Source of the DNA: Eledone cirrhosa
Taxonomy: Eukaryota
DNA length: 64,000 nt
Direction of reading: 5' to 3'
NCBI GenBank assembly: GCA_964016885.1
Contig: OZ024750.1
Location: 34,410,001 to 34,474,000 of the forward strand
A program made the position numbers and the translations under genes. Below the pieces are notes generated by a model. The model had not been told where the DNA came from and ran no database searches. It saw nothing but the letters and a program-made list of their open reading frames with translations. Below are positions 39,271 to 49,439 of this stretch, in pieces. Positions within the stretch are counted from its first letter, which is position 1. Every line of letters starts with the position of its first letter.

Positions 39271-39904
39271 AAATATATTTGTCATTCCATAAAAGACATG
39301 TTTTTTATAGACTTTATATGATGCAGGGGAGGAGGCGACACAATCTTTTTAGTGGTTATGACCTTAAAAAGACTTAATCCATCCCTGAGTGGAGGTGGAC
39401 CAAAAAACAAAAACAATTAAGAAGACAAATGTGGTAGAAATGACGCCTTATTTTCTGCTTGTCTCCATAAATATTTGTTGAAGAACAAAATCAAGATGGA
39501 TGTCTCTACAAGTTGTTAGCCATCATTAGAAGATTCTATAAAGTGTAATCAATCTCTATGATTGTAACTTCATTAATAACATACATAATTAAATGTAATG
39601 CAATAATTGAACATAATATACATTTTATCTGAAATATTGCAATTTTGGTGTAAAAATAAATGGAAATGTCTACAGTAACTCCCATAGGATATACAATGAT
39701 GATTAGGAATGGCACTGAAGGTGATAAAATTATGGATTTAATCAGACATTTTCTTTTGTTATTAATAATTGATGTTATTGATGAACAGACAAAACTTAGT
39801 TTTTTGTTTTTTTTTATTGTTTTGAAACATGGTGAGGTGGGGGAGGGGAGGACGCATTTGTAGTCTGGTTTAATAAACTGTAATATGAACTATTTTAATA
39901 CCTT

Positions 39905-40250
39905 ATTACTATTATTGCCACATATGGCGTTTTAATATTTTATTACTACCATATATGGTGTTTTAATATTCTATTACTACCATATATGGTGTTTTAATAT
40001 TCTATTACTACAATATATGGCGTTTTAATATGTTTAATACTACCATATATGGCGTTTTAATATTTTATTACTACCATATATGGAGTTTTAATATTCTATT
40101 ACTACCATATATGGTGTTTTAATATTTTATTACTACCATATATGGTGTTTTAATATTTTATTACTACCATATATGGCGTTTTAATATTTTATTACTACCA
40201 TATATGGAGTTTTAATATTCTATTACTACCATATATGGTGTTTTGATATT
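39905..40250. repeat. 31-bp minisatellite containing the palindrome CCATATATGG
   Basis: Period 31 (39941, 39972 and onward), about 11 copies. Confidence 0.93.
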
Positions 40251-40489
40251 TTTTAGCTGAGTTGTCCTGTTGTGAGACGTCAGATCAGAATACTTGTCTC
40301 ACAACAGGACAACTTGTCTAACCCATGCTAGTGTGGAAAATGGATGTTAAACAGTGATGATGATTAGTTTGGCATGGATGTTAAATTTGTAGTAAAAACA
40401 TTTAAAATCTGAGTGAATTCATCTAAAACCAGATTCCCTAAAAATATTAAGTATATTTTGGAAAAATTACAAAAATAGAACATGAAATA

Positions 40490-40835
40490 CAGTTGTCTCC
40501 CAGTATTCACAGGGGTTACATTACTAGAGCACCCACGAAGAGTGAAAAACTATGAATATTGGACATAGTCCATAAAAATTCCTTTAAATATCAAAATATA
40601 ATGTAAAATATAATGAAAAAAGAGAGAGTGTTTTACGCGAAGAGGCGTCCAATAAGCCGGCAAATTGTTATTAATAATTTAGCGTTAAAAAATATATATA
40701 TTGTCACGAAAAAAGCCATAAAAAATGGCGGAAGATATTTACGATTCCATGAATATGTGATGGTTTCCATGAACAATTATTAGTTCTAAGGAAAATTCTA
40801 AAAATAACCGGTACCATGAATGCTGGGGTACACTG
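40490..40835. mobile_element. pogo/Tigger-type MITE
   Basis: TA|CAGTTGTCTCCCAGTATTCAC...ATGAATGCTGGGGTACACTG|TA, imperfect TIRs. Confidence 0.7.
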
Positions 40836-41382
40836 TATTGTCCTATCACCAGATGTTGTCCTATCACCAGATGTCTTATGACCAGATGTTCAGTGAGATA
40901 ACTTAAGAATCTATAATCTTGATTTTAATTTTGAATGAGAACAAATATGTGCATATTTAAACAATAAAACAGAAGTCCAGGTAAGAAAAGAGGCTCTGTA
41001 TCAGTAGAAAGTAGTAATAGTCATATGTCTGGTGGTGGAGAGGGAGAAAGAAAGGGGAGAGAGGAAGACAGAAGGGAGTGAAAAAGGGAGAGATAGGAGA
41101 AAGAGAGAGAGAAGACTTGTTAGTTCCATTTGACTGATAAATTGGGATTGGAGAGTGAAAGTCAAAGAGAGAGAGAGAGGGGCTGATGAAGGTTGAAATA
41201 AGGAAGTATCTAGTAGAAACCTTATGAAGCAGCTTTTGTTTGTAGCTCTAACAGGTATGTGGACATGTCTGTCTGGGAATGTGTGCCAATCGGTGCATAT
41301 TTAAGTACTTTATATATGTGTACACATATATCCATGAATGAGTATTAAAGACCCATCACTAAAGAATATTATATAAATAGTT

Positions 41383-41610
41383 CCACACTGTAAATGTGGT
41401 TGGTGTTAGGAAGGGCATCCAGCTGTAGAATACCTGGCCAAATTTACAGTCCTGATGGAGCAAGGTATGGTGTAGCCAGTTCTGACCAGACTTGTCTCCC
41501 AATGTGGATGAACCATCTAACCCATGCAAACATGGAAAAATGGATGCATGATGTGATGATGTGTTACCTTTTACTGGAAAACGGACGTTAAACGAAGATG
41601 ATGATGATAT
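41383..41610 (+). mobile_element. RTE-type 3' tail fragment(s)
   Basis: CACTGTAAATGTGGTTGGTGTTAGGAAGGGCATCCAGCTGTAGAA, then CCCATGC...GGAAAA...GGACGTTAAA and (TGA)n. Confidence 0.7.
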
Positions 41611-41740
41611 ATATATATATATATATACACCAGTTCCTCTGAGGAATAACAACACAACCAGGAGCTGGACATATTGATGTATTGACGGAGTAAAACACAC
41701 TTCAACAACATGTGTACCTGTCTTTCCCACACCAATTCGG

Positions 41741-41795
41741 ACTGCCTGAAGAGGTCACAGCCAATGATGGCTGTCACCAAAATATATATAGCAGT
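41741..41795 (+). ncRNA. Minimal type I hammerhead motif with GAAA to AAAA core mutation (Penelope-like fragment about 41630-41850)
   Basis: ACTGC-CTGAAGA-GGTcACAGCCA atga TGGCTGTcACC-AAA-ATATATAT-A-GCAGT. Confidence 0.7.
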
Positions 41796-41874
41796 ATATC
41801 TATAACTTATAATAAACAAAGCCAAATTTTACATATTTGACTTAATTATTTTATATATATATATATATATATAT

Positions 41875-42476
41875 GGTGGCTGCCAACTCGTTTTCGAGTA
41901 CGGCCACTCTTTATATCCATGTAAGAGAACCCCTACCGATGCGCTGAACGAGTGTGACTTTTTAGTCTAGCCAGCGACTTGAAAACTCTGGTACAAACAC
42001 TACACTTGTGACAATTACTGACACATAGTGCTGGGCCCATTGTTCCCTGTGATGACAAGTGCAGAGAGATCTCCAGATATAAAGCAATGCCTGTGCCGTG
42101 AAGCTTTTATAGTGAGCAAAGGCACTGCACAAAGCCAGTCCCACTCTCTTAACCAAGATGATATTTACCAAAAAGAAGAACAAGTCAATATCATTGGATA
42201 CCATCAGAGTTGCAGGTGTTATATCAGAGTTTTCCTTCTAGAATTCTGCCTTTGCAAAGGCTAAGGGGTCATCTCTCCCGGTGATTTTGGATGGCCATTG
42301 ACTCTTAAGAGCTCCGTTGCCCTTTGACAGGTTTTGTTTTTAGTCCTGCAGGATGTCCAGTCACCCTCCTCACCAAGAAACTTTGGTGGGGTTGCCAGTT
42401 TAGTCGCCAACGACCCGACTATGAGACAGGTTGTACTTGGATACATGTTACCAGTAGCACCAACTGGTGACCTGAC
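41875..42476 (-). mobile_element. About 600-bp bipartite non-autonomous RTE derivative (5' UTR-like part plus C2H2-coding 3' end) flanked by (TA)n
   Basis: The 3' part encodes [24 protein letters not shown] followed by a GTGGC...GCCAC hairpin; a second copy is at 36271. Confidence 0.7.
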
Positions 42477-42479
42477 ATA

Positions 42480-42520
<41 letters not shown>

Positions 42521-42812
42521 TGTGAGTGTGTCTGTCTGTATGGTAGTTTCCTGTCATTACCTCTTTCCCTTCCCTCAACAGTTTTCAAACTTTGCTTTTG
42601 TTATATCATTTTCTCTCTCTGAACATTGCCTCTCTCTCCACTAACACTTGTTACTTTTTATCCTCCTTCTTTTCTTCTTTCTCCTCTCACTTATCTCAAT
42701 TTATTTATCGTTGAAAACCAATCAACATTTCTCCCCCACACAGACAAATAGTTCTACTCTGAAACAAAGATACACAACATAAAATTCATTCCACATTTTG
42801 ATTTGTCTTTAA

Positions 42813-43325
42813 CCCTTTAGCATTTAAACCGGCCATATCTGGCCAGAATTCTCTCATCTCTTTCTGTTCAAACCAGCTGTAACTGGCTGCTCACATTGAT
42901 GTTAAGGTATTATATCAAAATAAATGATATCAAAATTTCATAGATTCAATATTATGTGAAGTAAAGGCTTTACTGCAAAAATACAATAGTAAATATATAA
43001 TAATTGTTTCTACTTTTGGCACAAGGCCAGCAATTACCCCAGTGCATTACTGGTACTGGGATAATTGCTGGCCTTGTAAATATATAATAATGAAAATATT
43101 GTGTACAGTGCTCAGGTGCACTACAACTCATCAAAAAGTGTATTTATAGTACATAGGGTAATGTACAAACGTCAGGAAAATGAACAGTGCATGAGTCATG
43201 ATATACACATGTGTGCATGTGTATGGAAGGGGTACATCAGGTGTAGTTTTGGCGAATTTCGGGAAGCATGAGGGTTTTAAAGGTTGCAGTGTCTCGGCAG
43301 CTAGAGTAATGTAAATGCTAAAGGG
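42813..43325 (+). mobile_element. piggyBac-like MITE, family A, with nested insertions
   Basis: TTAA|CCCTTTAGCATTTA...TAAATGCTAAAGGG|TTAA; about 300 bp longer than sibling copies. Confidence 0.85.
43085..43301 (-). mobile_element. Probable CR1/L2-group LINE 3' end nested in the MITE
   Basis: Minus strand CRDTATFKTLMLPEIRQNYT*, then a 3' UTR and (ATT)n-like end; absent from other MITE A copies. Confidence 0.5.
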
Positions 43326-43368
43326 TTAAATCTGAAAGCTGTTTGACTTTGTTTCCACAGACCCTTAA

Positions 43369-43597
43369 TTCTTTCATGAATGCATTCCTAATGTAATACA
43401 CACTGTTTCAATTAATGAAGGATTTCAAGGGATTTGTTGAAATTATTAATTATTTCATTACTAAGAGAGTAACTTAATTTCAGGTTCTTATATAAAATTA
43501 TGTTGGTAGATTTTTAATTTAAATTGGAAACCTTTAAAATGGGTGGTTATATTTCATAGAACCAGAACTGGTTTTGGCCAGGTTGGTAACTAAAGGG
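43369..43597 (+). mobile_element. piggyBac-like MITE, family B
   Basis: Homologous to 19266-19487; the right TTAA is interrupted by the LINE. Confidence 0.7.
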
Positions 43598-45139
43598 TTG
43601 GTCACCCGGATAGTTAACCAAGTCGTACAGAATGGGGTTGTTCCGAAGGAATGGCGTAGCAGCATCATCGTTAACTGCTATAAGGGAAAAGGAGATGCCC
43701 TAGATAGGAGTAACTATAGAGGCATTAAATTAATCGACCAGGTCATGAAGGTCACGGAAAAAGTAATAGCGCAACTAATCAGAGAGAGAATTGATCTAGA
43801 TGAAATGCAGTTCGGGTTTGTGTCAGGCAAAAGTACCACAGACGCTCTTTTCATTGTACGACAACTACAGGAGAAGTACCTAGCTAAAAGTAAACCCCTA
43901 TACTTAGCTTTTGTCGACTTGGAGAAAGCCTTCGACAGAGTCCCCCGTTCCATTATCTGGTGGTCTCTTAGAAAACTAGGTGTTGACGAATGGCTTGTGA
44001 GAGCTATACAAGCCATGTATAAAGAAACAGTCAGTAAGGTTAGAATTAACAACGAATATAGTGAAGAGTTTAGCGTAAAAGTTGGTGTCCATCAGGGCTC
44101 TGTACTTAGCCCCCTACTATTTATTATTGCCCTTCAGGCTATAACAGAGGAGTTCAAGACCGGCTGCCCATGGGAACTCCTATACGCAGATGATCTAACG
44201 CTCATAGCTGAATCAATGACCGAACTAGAGAAGAAATTCCAAACGTTGAAGCACGGCCTAGAATCAAAAGGCCTTAAAATTAACCTGGCTAAGACTAAAG
44301 TTCTAGTTTGTAGGAAAGAAAATAAGGCGGCGGTCCCATCGGGGAAATGGCCATGCTCAGTGTGTAGGAAAGGCGTAGGTAGAAACTCCATTTTATGTCC
44401 CAAATGCAAAGTATGGGTGCATAAAAGATGTAGTGGGATCACAGGTAAGCTAACTAAGAACATAGATTTTACATGTGGCCGGTGCTCTGGTGCAATAAGT
44501 AGCAGCAAGTGCCCACAAAATACTAGCTCCTTCAACTGCGCAGAGGGTTCTATAGAAATAGTGGACAGCTTCCGTTATCTGGGTGACAAAATCAGCAGTG
44601 GGGGAGGGTGCTCTGAAAGTACAGTAGCTAGAGTCAGAACTGGATGGAAAAAGTTCAGAGAGCTTATACCACTATTAGCCGCTAGAGGGTTCTCCCTAAA
44701 AATGAAAGGCAGGTTATACGATGCCTGCATACGAACAGCAATACTGCATGGCAGTGAGACCTGGGCATTGTGTGCAGAGGATATACGCAGACTAGAGAGG
44801 AACGAAGCTTGCATGCTCCGCTGGATGTGCAATAGTAATATACGTGAACGGCAAAGCATAAACGAACTAAGGAAAAAATTAGAAATAAGAGGGATCAGAT
44901 GTTGTTTACTCGAGAGAAGGCTACGTTGGTACGGTCACGTGATGCGCATGAAAGACGACAGCTGTATAACAAAGTGCAGGGCAATAAAGATAGACGGTAG
45001 CCACGGAGTAGGCAGACCCAGAAAAACATGGGACGAGCTGATAAATTCCGACCTCACACGCTTACACCTCTCCAAGACAATGTCACTGGACCGAGACCTT
45101 TGGCGGTACTCAGTAATAGAGAAGACCCGCCTTACCTAA
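43574..45139 (+). CDS. RTE reverse transcriptase ORF, N-terminally truncated, with internal PHD finger (first about 9 codons come from the flanking MITE)
   Basis: YKGKGD...NYRGI, QFGF, FVDLEKAFDRV, GVHQGSVLSPLLF, LLYADD, FRYLG, RRLRWYGHV, GRPRKTW. Confidence 0.93.
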   Translation: MARLVTKGLVTRIVNQVVQNGVVPKEWRSSIIVNCYKGKGDALDRSNYRGIKLIDQVMKVTEKVIAQLIRERIDLDEMQFGFVSGKSTTDALFIVRQLQEKYLAKSKPLYLAFVDLEKAFDRVPRSIIWWSLRKLGVDEWLVRAIQAMYKETVSKVRINNEYSEEFSVKVGVHQGSVLSPLLFIIALQAITEEFKTGCPWELLYADDLTLIAESMTELEKKFQTLKHGLESKGLKINLAKTKVLVCRKENKAAVPSGKWPCSVCRKGVGRNSILCPKCKVWVHKRCSGITGKLTKNIDFTCGRCSGAISSSKCPQNTSSFNCAEGSIEIVDSFRYLGDKISSGGGCSESTVARVRTGWKKFRELIPLLAARGFSLKMKGRLYDACIRTAILHGSETWALCAEDIRRLERNEACMLRWMCNSNIRERQSINELRKKLEIRGIRCCLLERRLRWYGHVMRMKDDSCITKCRAIKIDGSHGVGRPRKTWDELINSDLTRLHLSKTMSLDRDLWRYSVIEKTRLT

Positions 45140-45651
45140 ATACAAAGTAAAAACCTACTACAGTCAGTAGGCACCTCTATCAAAACACACCCCCGTCCCA
45201 CCACCTCCACCCCACCCACACCGCCCCTTTCAATGTAAAGTTATGTTGGTCCCACAACATCCAGGCCGAAACAAATGAGATCGTGTAGGTGTCACGACAA
45301 AAAACACACAGTCCACGCTGTAAATGTGGCCGTGTAGGCAACATGGTAAAAACCTCCCAGCCCCACACTGTAAATGTGGTTGGTGTTAGGAAGGGCATCC
45401 AGCTGTAGAAAACCCGCCAGACAGTCCACGCTGTAATGTGGCCGTGTAGGCAACACGGTAAAAACCTCCCAGCCCCACACTGTAAATGTGGTTGGTGTTA
45501 GGAAGGGCATCCAACTGTAGAAAACCCGCCAGACAGTCCTATGCGAGCAAGACAACCACTCTTGCCTCAAGTGGGAAAACCCCCGTCCAAACCCATGCAA
45601 GCGTGGAACACGGACGCTAAACCTGATGATGATGATGATGATGATGATGAT
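43599..45651 (+). mobile_element. RTE-clade LINE, 5'-truncated (copy 1)
   Basis: RT ORF, about 500-bp 3' UTR, terminal stem-loop and (TGA)n tail. Confidence 0.95.
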
Positions 45652-45675
45652 ACTTCCTTTTTTTTCTACAGTATT

Positions 45676-46010
45676 GGAGGCACATGGCTTAGTGGTTAGA
45701 GCATTGGCCTTGCAATCGAAAGGTTGTGAGTTCAGTTCTCAGACCGGGCGATGTGTTGTTTCCTTGAGCAAGACACTTTATTTCACATTGCTCCAGTTTA
45801 CTCAGCTGTAGAAATGAGATGATATGGACTGGGGTCCCTATCATTCCACTGCAAAGTGGTCGTGGAGGTGCCACGGCAAAAAAGCACCCAGCACTCACTG
45901 TAAATGAGGTTGGTGTTAGGAAGGGCATCCAGCTGTAGAAATTAAGCCAGAATCAGTTCCCGTCCCACCCTTGCAAGCAGGGAAAAGTGGACGTAAAATG
46001 AAATGATGAT
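45676..46010 (+). mobile_element. tRNA-derived CORE-like SINE with RTE-type tail, full length
   Basis: A box TGGCTTAGTGG, B box GAGTTCAGTTC, CORE-like CCTTGAGCAAGACACTTTA...CTCAGCTGTAGAAATG, and a tail shared with the LINE. Confidence 0.88.
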
Positions 46011-46659
46011 AAGAATACACTACATCCTGTGTTTAATCAATATAATCTTCACTACAATTTCACCTTATGCTTCAAGTTTTTTCTGTATAAAAAAAAATGT
46101 AATCATTGTACTAACTGCTACTATAAATATTCTATTAAAAACTAAGCTTTTTTTTGTCAACCTTTTATTTGTTTGCTAAACAATGATTTAAAGAAAAACA
46201 ACTTTACTTTATTTTATTAATTCTCCCACCTGCTACTTTTCATCTGTACTTCCTATACCACCATCTGCACTTAGTTGCTATTGCCAACTGTAAATGCTTC
46301 TATTGAGCAGATATACTTTCATGATTGGCCATATTATCAAGAAATTTACAAAACTATTCTCCCTTTATATGTATATCAACTTCAACATATGAAAATATGC
46401 ATTAGTGTGTCCGAACTCCACAAAGAAAAAAAAACCTCTCTGAACTTCACTTTCATTAGACCAACCTGCTCCCCTACATCATATCAGTTGTCTTTCATTT
46501 TTTGAGAACTGCTCTCACATTTTTGAGAACATAAACCCTTTCATTACCATATTTCTAATGAAAGACACTTCCTATGATTTCCAAATAATTTAGAAAATAA
46601 TCAAGAATTTGAAGAGAATTTGTGAAATAACTTTCTTATTATGAAGCTGTTGTTTAGAA

Positions 46660-46814
46660 CAGTGGTCGCCAACCTTTCGGACCTCACAGACCACTAAATT
46701 CACAATTTTAAAACCTGTGGACCAATAATATGAATTTTTAAAAAATGTTTCTGTACCACCAAAATTCTCTTACAGATCACCAGTGATCTGCAGACCATTG
46801 TTTGGTGACCACTG
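46660..46814. mobile_element. hAT (Charlie-like) MITE
   Basis: TIR CAGTGGTCGCCAA/TTGGTGACCACTG; perfect 8-bp TSD GTTTAGAA at 46652-46659 and 46815-46822. Confidence 0.9.
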
Positions 46815-46880
46815 GTTTAGAACATCACTCAACAGAAGGTTCTTAAATAATATTATGATGGAAGGTGTTTAGCTAAATAT

Positions 46881-49243
46881 AAACAGGGAAGCTAGGAGAC
46901 AAGTGTACTTAGCAAGAAGGGAAGCTGAGGAAAGAAAGTTCAAGCATGTTCTACAACGCGATGACCAAAAACGTGAGGTGTTCAGGATTGCTAGGCAATG
47001 CGTCAAGGAAAACCGTGATATTGTCGGGGAGAAGTGTGTACTAAACGACGATGGCACACTTGCCATCACCGACGCTGATAAGAAGGTAGCTTGGAAGTGT
47101 CACTACGAAAGGCTACTAAATGAGGAGAATAAATGGGAGAAAGACAGTCTCCCCCATATCGACCCAATAGAGGGACCAGCAGTGTTAGTCGAGGGGAGTA
47201 TAATAAGTAAGGCAATCAAGGATATGAAGACGGGTAAGGCGGCTGAGCCTTCGGAAATAGTTGCTGAGATGCTGAAGGCATCTGGCACGGTGGGACACAC
47301 CATGGTCACCCGCATAGTTAACCAAGTCGTACAGAATGGGGTTGTTCCGAAGGACTGGCATAGCAGCATCATCGTTAACTGTTATAAGGGTAAAGGAGAC
47401 GCCCTAGATAGGAGTAACTATAGAGGCATTAAATTAATCGACCAGGTCATGAAGGTCACGGAAAAAGTAATAGCGCAACTAATCAGAGAGAGAATCGACC
47501 TAGATGAAATGCAGTTCGGGTTTGTGTCAGGCAAAAGTACCACAGACGCTCTTTTCATAGTACGACAACTACAGGAGAAGTACCTAGCTAAAGGTAAACC
47601 CCTCTACTTAGCTTTTGTCGACTTGGAGAAAGCCTTCGACAGAGTCCCCCGCTCCATTATCTGGTGGGCTCTTAGAAAACTAGGCGTTGACGAATGGCTT
47701 GTGAGTGCTATACAAGCCATGTATAAAGAAACAGTCAGCAAGGTTAGAATTAACAACGAATATAGTGAAGAGTTTAGCGTAAAAGTAGGCGTCCATCAGG
47801 GCTCTGTTCTCAGCCCCCTACTATTTATTATTGCCCTTCAGGCTATAACAGAGGAGTTCAAGACAGGCTGCCCATGGGAACTCCTATACGCAGACGACCT
47901 GACACTCATAGCGGAATCAATGGCCGAGCTAGAGAAGAAATTCCAAACATGGAAGCACGGCCTAGAGTCAAAAGGACTTAAAATTAACCTGGCTAAGACC
48001 ATAGTTCTAGTTTGTAGGAAAGAAAACAAGGCGGCGGTCCCTTCTGGGAAATGGTCGTGCTTGGTGTGTAGGAAAGGCGTAGGTAGAAACTCCATTTTAT
48101 GTCCTAAATGCAAAGTATGGGTGCATAAAAGATGTAGTGGGATCACAGGTAAGCTAACTAAGAACATAGATTTTACATGTGGCCGGTGTTCTGGTGCAAT
48201 AAGTAGCAGCAAGTGCCCACAAAATACTAGCTCTTTCAATTGCGCAGAGGGTTCTATAGAAATAGTGGACAGCTTCCGTTACCTGGGCGATAAAATCAGC
48301 AGTGGGGGAGGGTGCTCTGAAAGTACTGTAGCTAGAGTCAGAACTGGTTGGAAAAAGTTCAGAGAGCTTATACCACTATTAGCTGCTAAAGGGTTCTCCC
48401 TAAAAATGAAAGGCAGGTTGTACGATGCCTGCATACGAACAGCAATGCTGCATGGCAGTGAGACCTGGGCATTGTGTGCAGAGGATATACGCAGACTAGA
48501 GAGGAACGAAGCTTGCATGCTCCGCTGGATGTGTAACAGTAATATACGTGAACGGCAAAGCATAAACGAACTAAGGAAAAAATTAGAGATAAGAGGGATC
48601 AGATGTTGTTTACTCGAGAGAAGGCTACGTTGGTATGGACACGTGATGCGCATGAAAGTCGATAGCTGTATAACAAAGTGCAGGGCAATAAAGATAGACG
48701 GTAGTCACGGAATAGGCAGACCTAGAAAAACCTGGGACAAGCTGATAAACTCCGACATCACACACTTACACCTCTCCAAGACAATGTCACTGGACCGAGA
48801 CCTTTGGCGGTACTCAGTAACAGAGAAGACCCGCCTTACCTAAATATATAGTAAAACCTACTCCAACCAGTAGGCATCTCTAACAAAATACACCCCGTCC
48901 CACCACCACCACCCCCACCCCATCCACACCACCCCGTTCTATGTAAAGTTATGTTGGTGCCGCGCCATAGGCCGAAACAAATGAGATCGTGTAGGTGTCA
49001 CGACAAAAAAACACACAGTCCACGCTGTAATGTGGCCGTGTAGGCAACACGGTAAAAACCTCCCAGACCCACACTGTAAATGTGGTTGGTGTTAGGAAGG
49101 GCATCCAACTGTAGAAAACCTGCCAGACAGTCCTATGCGAGCAAGACAATCACTCTTGCCTCAAGTGGGACTACCCCCGTCCAAACCCATGCAAGCGTGG
49201 AACACGGACGTTAAACGTTGATGATGATGATGATGATGATGAT
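46881..49243 (+). mobile_element. RTE-clade LINE, 5'-truncated (copy 2)
   Basis: Open RT ORF, 3' UTR and (TGA)n tail; no APE endonuclease domain present. Confidence 0.95.
46903..48843 (+). CDS. RTE reverse transcriptase ORF, N-terminally truncated, with internal PHD finger
   Basis: Same RT motifs as copy 1, plus the upstream linker WKCHYERLLNEEN...MKTGKA. Confidence 0.93.
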   Translation: MYLARREAEERKFKHVLQRDDQKREVFRIARQCVKENRDIVGEKCVLNDDGTLAITDADKKVAWKCHYERLLNEENKWEKDSLPHIDPIEGPAVLVEGSIISKAIKDMKTGKAAEPSEIVAEMLKASGTVGHTMVTRIVNQVVQNGVVPKDWHSSIIVNCYKGKGDALDRSNYRGIKLIDQVMKVTEKVIAQLIRERIDLDEMQFGFVSGKSTTDALFIVRQLQEKYLAKGKPLYLAFVDLEKAFDRVPRSIIWWALRKLGVDEWLVSAIQAMYKETVSKVRINNEYSEEFSVKVGVHQGSVLSPLLFIIALQAITEEFKTGCPWELLYADDLTLIAESMAELEKKFQTWKHGLESKGLKINLAKTIVLVCRKENKAAVPSGKWSCLVCRKGVGRNSILCPKCKVWVHKRCSGITGKLTKNIDFTCGRCSGAISSSKCPQNTSSFNCAEGSIEIVDSFRYLGDKISSGGGCSESTVARVRTGWKKFRELIPLLAAKGFSLKMKGRLYDACIRTAMLHGSETWALCAEDIRRLERNEACMLRWMCNSNIRERQSINELRKKLEIRGIRCCLLERRLRWYGHVMRMKVDSCITKCRAIKIDGSHGIGRPRKTWDKLINSDITHLHLSKTMSLDRDLWRYSVTEKTRLT

Positions 49244-49439
49244 TTCTAATGAATGTTAAAGTCTATGATTTCCAAATAATTTTATTTTGAATATAATCAA
49301 GAATTTGAAGAGATTTAGTGAAATAATTAACTTTCTTATTATTAAACTGGTGTCTGGAACATAACTTAACAAAGATTCTTTGATAATATTATGATGAAAG
49401 ATTTTTAGTTAAATATAAATACTTTAAAACCAAAAGTTT

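Noticed and set aside
38857-39321. 17-aa repeat protein ORF
   Set aside because: Product of a 51-bp minisatellite, open on both strands, with no other coding evidence.
41180-41240. CTGATGA-AGGTT...AACCTT-ATGAAGCAGC degenerate hammerhead
   Set aside because: The GAAA box and stems I and III are not satisfied.
45676-45750. tRNA gene (also 62366 and the SINE A heads)
   Set aside because: A and B boxes are present, but there is no complete cloverleaf, and the sequence continues into SINE core and tail in multiple copies.
43714-48653. Antisense ORFs within the LINEs
   Set aside because: Shadow frames of the RT coding sequence.
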